Shown here in pieces: positions 58,557 through 64,000 of a stretch of DNA of 64,000 bases; position 1 is the stretch's first letter; the number at the start of each line of letters is the position of its first letter. The stretch spans positions 378,713-442,712 of the forward strand of contig BCKQ01000007.1 in assembly GCA_001600695.1 (NCBI GenBank). Reading direction: 5' to 3'. Origin of the DNA: Ascoidea asiatica JCM 7603. Its lineage: Eukaryota > Fungi > Ascomycota. The notes under the pieces were generated by a model. The model was given only the letters and a program-made list of their open reading frames with translations, was not told the DNA's origin and did not search any database. The position numbers and the translations under genes are program-made.

Positions 58557-59456
58557 TTAAAACTTTTTTCTCATTTTTTGAACTTTTTTATATTGACCTC
58601 TACCACTATTTTGAGTTTGTTGAATTTCAGAATATTTTCTCTTGAAATATGATTTTTTATCATTGTCTAACATTATTTCTTGTAATAAAGATCTTGATTT
58701 GATTTTTTTATTTGGATTTAAATTTAAATTAATATTTGAATCAATAATTGTACCCATTTGAAAAAATTTTGGAATTTGCCATTTATCTTTTTTATAAAAT
58801 CTTTTTGGATCTAAAGCATTTCTTTGTTGTAATAAAATTAAATCTCTTTTAATATCTTTTGTAATTTCAGGTTTTGACATATTAAACCATTGATCACCAG
58901 AATCGTTTGGATCCATTTTTAATTTCTTTTTCTCAGATTTGGTTAATGGTTTTCCTAAATTATTTTTGGAATTTTGAATTTCTTTTGTTTTTTTAATATT
59001 TTCATTAATATCTTTTTTTGCCATAATTAAATAATCTTTTTCTCCAAAAGTTTTATCATAATGACGTTTTTCTAAGGTTGAAATTAAAAGTTTTTTAGGT
59101 AATGAATTTATTGAATTTTGAATTGAACTTAATGAATCTTTTTCCAATGTTAAAGAATTGGAACTTGCATTTGAATTATTTGAATTAATATTTGTTTTTA
59201 ATAAACTAAATAAATCATCCATTTGTAAATTATTGAAATCTTCTGCATTACTTGTATTTATCAAATTATTATTCATTGAAGAAACAGTTGTAGTAGTTAT
59301 AGAAGATTGAGTATCAGAATCTTCACTTTGATGAGCATAGCTTGTTATTGATTCTGTAGTTGACTCTATGGTTGAAGAATCAGATAAAACAGCAGAAGCA
59401 GCAGCAGCAGCAGAATTGATAGAATCCTGAGTAGCAGATTCTTGGAATGTCAGCAT
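58557..59456 (-). CDS. FCF2: rRNA-processing protein Fcf2
   Basis: WFNMSKPE..KRDLILL..RNALDPKRFYKK..PKFFQMGTII, YFKRKYSEIQ. Confidence 0.9.
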   Translation of the reverse strand: MLTFQESATQDSINSAAAAASAVLSDSSTIESTTESITSYAHQSEDSDTQSSITTTTVSSMNNNLINTSNAEDFNNLQMDDLFSLLKTNINSNNSNASSNSLTLEKDSLSSIQNSINSLPKKLLISTLEKRHYDKTFGEKDYLIMAKKDINENIKKTKEIQNSKNNLGKPLTKSEKKKLKMDPNDSGDQWFNMSKPEITKDIKRDLILLQQRNALDPKRFYKKDKWQIPKFFQMGTIIDSNINLNLNPNKKIKSRSLLQEIMLDNDKKSYFKRKYSEIQQTQNSGRGQYKKVQKMRKKF

Positions 59457-59688
59457 ATCGTTTATATATCAACACTTGAATAAAGCAATTAGGAAATAAA
59501 TCTATCTGGAAATAATATAATAAATAATACAATAAACTACTTCTTCTGTTTCCTTCTCGTTGCTTTTCGATCCCTCTGCTGAAAAAGACTTGCACTTTTC
59601 TACGCTTTTCTCGCTTTGGAGTCTTCGCAGTCTCAGCAACGTTCTTTTTTGAGGAAATAAAATAAAATAATTTTTTTTTATTAGAGAC

Positions 59689-59708
59689 TCACGTGATGAA
59701 TGCTCATC
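59689..59708. promoter_or_regulatory. Cbf1-type TCACGTGA and PAC (GCTCATC) in the FCF2 (RiBi) promoter
   Basis: TCACGTGA 59689-59696; GCTCATC 59702-59708. Confidence 0.55.
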
Positions 59709-59961
59709 CACAACATGTTTATTTAAGGGTACGAGGCGCAGTTAAATGATGGCTGGTGATTTTGAAATAAGGACTCCCCCAGAACTGGCTTTGAATTGAA
59801 TATAAATATAAAACTAACAGTCAAATTTTTATACTACTTTTGATATTTAAAACAACAGTTTCTTATATACTGTATATATATAGTTATAGAAAGTGAAATG
59901 AATTAAAATAAATTAAAAGGTCTATGAAAAGAACAAGAATTGAACAAGATCACAAATATTA

Positions 59962-61385
59962 TCAATATTTTTTTTCAGTATTATTAAACAGTCTACTATA
60001 CTCCAACCATTTTGAATAAATTTCTTCTTCAGTAAATCTTACATGTTTTGATCTATAAAATAGTTTTTCTTTTTTTTGAAATATCATAATGTCATAAGCT
60101 TCACTCGCATAATTTTTCACTATATTCTCATAAAATTCTCCACATTTTTTACAAAAATCTAGTGATCCTGAATATCCCATCATCCATTTAAGAGGATTTG
60201 ATCTATTACATTGAGTACATCTTGCTATAGAACCATTTTTAAGTCTAGACTTTTTCATTTTTGTTTTGGATCTTAATCCGAAATTTGGATCATCAGGAGT
60301 TTTTTTGCTTGTACTAGGAAGAATAAACTTTAAATACTTTGGTTCAGGTTGGGAATAATCTGATGTGGAATGAAAAGGTTGACAATAATTAGAAATCTTA
60401 GGGAAAGTATTGAAATATTGATTATAAGCATTATTTGTATTATTGTTAAACATTGGATTTATATTTGAAGGTTGTGTAGTGGAATTTATTGGTAATGTTT
60501 TCTCAACTGTTTCTGACTTTAATTCATAATTTATAGGACATTGTGGATGATTAATCGGTTCAGAAATGCTTTGATGTTGTTGTTGTTGTTGTTTTTGATC
60601 AAAAAACTGGCCATTGATAGAAACACATTTTTTTTTCACTTTTGATAAATCTGTATTATTATCGGTTTTAAATTTATAATTATTTTGAAGTGTAGATATT
60701 GGGTGAGCAATAGAAATATCATTTTTAGCAAGCACAGGATTTATTGAAGAATCATTAGATTGAACTTTTTCTTCTTTTTCTTCTTTTTCTTTACCTTTAT
60801 TTTTAATTTTAGTTTTAGTTTTAGTTTCATTTTCCTTTTTAGTTATTCCAATATATTTTGGAGGTAAAATATTTTTTTTAGTTATAAGATAATTTTTTAA
60901 ACTATATTTAGAACTACTAATAATTTTTTTATTAGAATTAAAATCAAAATGATGTAATAACGTACTTATTTGAGTAGTTTTAAAGGTAGGAGCTAAAGGT
61001 GGTGGTATAGCTTTGAAATAATTTAAATTTTTAAATATTGTAGTATTAGGATTATTTATTTGATTTATTAGTATATTATTATCAATATTATTATTAATAA
61101 TAATATTATTATTATTATTATTAATATTATTATTATTATTATTAATATTATTATTATAAGAATTATCATTATTATAAGTATTACTATTATAAAAATTATC
61201 ATTATTATAAATATTACTAGCATAAATATTATTATTATCAATTCTATCTTGTTTTATAAATTGTACATCAGAATTATCAGACTTACCAGACTTATCAGAT
61301 TCTTCAGATTCCTCAGATTCATTGGATTCATTGGATTCATTGGATTCATCAGATTGAGGCTCAAGAGTGTTATTGATAACATGAC

Positions 61386-61430
<45 letters not shown>

Positions 61431-61950
61431 GATAATAGTTATAATCATAGTTATTCCCATAGTTATTATCAATAGAATTTGAGATTGAATTAGATGCTGA
61501 AGAAATATTTTGATTATTTAATAATTGAGAAGAAGTACCAACACTATCTCTAAGTTGATTTGTAGGAATTATAAAGTTTTCTTGATTATAATTATCTATG
61601 TTGAATTGATTAATTTGATATGGTTGATAATATTGATTATGTTGATTATATTCATCATATTGATCAAACTGATTAGATATATCAAATTGATTTGTTTGAT
61701 AAGAAAAAGCATTTTCAGTATTTTCAGTATTTTCAATATTTTCAATATTTCGATAAGGTTGATTATTTTGAAAAGTTAAAACTGGAACAGGAACTGGAGC
61801 AGAAGCAGGAGATAAATAATGAGAATTATTTAAATTATTAGGTACTTGAGTTATACTTTGTTGATTTGAATAATTGAAATTTTGTTTAGATGAGTAATTT
61901 ATTTTATTATTTTGATTTATATATTGATTTTTATAATTATTTTGTTCCAT
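59962..61950 (-). CDS. Asn/Gln-rich protein with a C-terminal degenerate GATA-type zinc finger
   Basis: C-x2-C-x18-C-x2-C (CTQC NRSNPLKWMMGYSGSLDF CKKC GEFY) at 60142-60219. Confidence 0.65.
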
Positions 61951-62682
61951 TTTTTTTCAAATAAAAAACTAAAAAATATGCAAATAACATATTTTATTAG
62001 CAAGAATTTAAGTAAATTAATTTAAATAAAAGAATTTGATATTTTTTTAACAATTGAATTTTTTTTTTTATTATTTAAGATGTTGAATTAACCAAATTAA
62101 AAGAATAAAAGGCTTTCCTAATATATATTTTTTGAATAATAAATAGAATACTCTACTTTTTCAATAAGGATATAGTATATACTAGTAATATGATATTCCA
62201 TTGACAATACTTCATTGTATCAGCTATAAACAAAGATCATGTTGATTCAGTAGTGGGTTTTAAAAAACATAGCTGTGAATTAATCTCATTAACATTGTTG
62301 TATATATTGGATTTAGTCTTTGGTCTTTGTTTTCATTCAAACCACAAAAGAAAATAAGTGAAGAATTGGAGAGAATAGCCCATTTTAGTTACTTTTCTAT
62401 TCCTAAAGAGAGTGGTCTCTTATTGAATAAGAATGAAAGAATCATTTATTTACAGTACTCTATCTTAAAGGATTCACTCTGTCTTATCCAATTCTGGGTT
62501 TGATTCATCATTTCAATACTTCCAAAATATGAATTTATCAATAATTATTTATCAGTAAATTATTGTATTTTATCAACTATTGTTTATTTTTATACGTATT
62601 TAACTTTTGCCGACAAATTCGGTTACTGTCAAACAATAAAAATAAAAAAAAAAAAATAAGTAAGTAAGAAAGAAAAAAAGGA

Positions 62683-62756
62683 TGGTCCCTAGCAGGATCG
62701 AACTGCTGATCCCCGCGTTATTAGCACGATGCCTTAACCAACTGGGCCAAGGGACC
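62683..62756 (-). tRNA. tRNA-Ile(AAT)
   Basis: Reverse complement GGTCCCTTGGCCCAGTTGGTTAAGGCATCGTGCTAATAACGCGGGGATCAGCAGTTCGATCCTGCTAGGGACCA; oligo-T downstream. Confidence 0.97.
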
Positions 62757-63490
62757 TTTCCTGTTGGAAACAGTTATTTTACAATTTCTTGTTCACTACA
62801 GATAAACACCACTCTAGGACACATTTTCTGTCCCTGGATGTCCTGTATATATAATTGTTTTGTCTCTGATTACATCAGCACCCACTCCCATGGCTCCTTC
62901 CCCGGCTCTTTGTCTGCTTCGTCTCTCTCGAACTCCCAGAACATTCGCTTTGAACATTCGCATCAAACTTTTGTATTTACTTTCCCAGTCAATTCTGGGC
63001 TCGAGGTTTACCAGCAATCTTGACTGGAGTTTTGCTTTGATTCCACTCCAAATTTTAGGTTAGGGTCTAAAGGCTTAGCGTATTTCATCTTTTAGAGCAA
63101 CTAGTTTCACTTCCTAAATTTTCACCTGTTTTTAGTCAATTCATGCTTAAATTCATGAAAAAACTAAAAAAGAATGCTTGTTTTATTCCATATTATATTT
63201 GCTATTCCATTCAATTCTATAGATTCTATCAATTGATTATGTTTTACATAATATTTACATAATGTTTACATAATGTTTACATCATTTGTAATTAAAATAT
63301 TTATTTAATTCTGATAATTTAAATCAGTCCTGTTTTGTTGTTTTTCTTTTCTATTTTTTCTTCAAAAGGAAAGTAAAATATATATTCTTTTTTTTTTTTC
63401 TTCTTTTTATTATTATTTGAATCTACATACTTTAAAAAATTCAAATAGTTATAGAATACTTTTAATATACCTTATATATAAAATTTAAAA

Positions 63491-64000
63491 ATGGAATATA
63501 ATAGACCAGCTGTAGAAGTACCTTCTCAATCCAATCAAAATAATAATCAAGAGAATTCTCAAGAGAATAATTATTCTCAAAAACAACAATCAAATTCAAA
63601 AAATTATAATAATAATCAAAATTTACAACCAAATAATAGTTCAAAAGATAGTGGTAGTCAAAATTATAATGATAATAATGATAATAATAACTATGAAAAA
63701 CCAATAAATTCAGAAAATTTTGAAGAATCTTTTAAAACAAAAAATAAATTTCATGATATTCCATTCACTATTTTTTTTTTACTTGTTTTATCTGGTTTTA
63801 TTGCAATTTCAATTATTACTTTAAGATCTTATTCAAAAACTTATTCATTTCAAGGTAATAGTATTTATGATTCTTCAAATTCTTCATCTTTAGATACAAA
63901 TGCTGTAATTTGTTTAATTTTTGTAACTGTTATTGCATTAATTTTTGCAATTTTAACAATGATTCTTGCAAGATCTTATCCAAAAAAATTTATAATTATT
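63491..64000 (+). CDS. PNS1: Pns1 (choline-transporter-like family), 3'-truncated by the window edge
   Basis: ATG at 63491, open to the end: MEYNRP..FEESFK..KFHDIPFTIFFLLVLSGFIAISIITLRSY..QGNSIY..LDTNAVI..LARSYPKKFI. Confidence 0.85.
   Translation, partial: MEYNRPAVEVPSQSNQNNNQENSQENNYSQKQQSNSKNYNNNQNLQPNNSSKDSGSQNYNDNNDNNNYEKPINSENFEESFKTKNKFHDIPFTIFFLLVLSGFIAISIITLRSYSKTYSFQGNSIYDSSNSSSLDTNAVICLIFVTVIALIFAILTMILARSYPKKFIII

Noticed and set aside
62861-62876. TGT-N9-CATC a1/alpha2-like operator
   Set aside because: Poor alpha2 half-site and not next to a known haploid-specific gene.
62762-63110. Possible solo LTR (TGTTGGAA start) just upstream of tRNA-Ile
   Set aside because: No matching terminal inverted end (..CAACA) or target-site duplication found; the region resembles the other GC-rich promoter islands (PNS1 promoter).
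3136-63704. Numerous 60-134 aa ORFs in the track (e.g. 3136-3412, 9241-9520, 19581-20003, 34408-34734, 42535-42924, 48243-48623, 62682-63063)
   Set aside because: They are antisense or alternate frames of low-complexity CDS, overlap tRNA genes, or arise from stop-poor GC promoter islands; many start at non-ATG codons and none has a recognisable domain.

Overview
Very AT-rich, gene-dense, nearly intron-free chromosomal segment of a budding yeast (Saccharomycotina). The Asn-rich inserts and codon style would fit an Ascoidea-like lineage, but the species cannot be fixed from sequence alone. It holds about 22 protein genes: a 5'-truncated RKR1/LTN1-like E3, CPT1/EPT1, PEX17, MUP1, an AA9 LPMO, NSE1, NCS2, CAX4, an aldo-keto reductase, a SNQ2-type ABC pump, a DHA1 MFS pump, CLA4, STE4-like, GCN5-like, EIS1-like, CAB1, EPO1-like, eIF2A, intron-containing RPL26 (missed by the ORF track), FCF2, a GATA-like zinc-finger protein and 3'-truncated PNS1. 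It also holds three tRNA genes (Gly-GCC, Asp-GTC, Ile-AAT). Most notable: (1) an intact secreted AA9 LPMO, rare in yeasts, with a non-CBM1 six-Cys C-terminal module; (2) adjacent, strongly diverged copies of the normally conserved G-beta (Ste4) and Gcn5; (3) an AKR-ABC-MFS detoxification trio whose promoters are rich in Yap-type elements; (4) a 19-bp exact (~55-bp degenerate) intergenic element repeated 22 kb apart, a candidate replication-origin or protein-binding motif; (5) GC-rich promoter islands in an otherwise AT-rich genome. All homology calls come from remembered motifs, not database searches.
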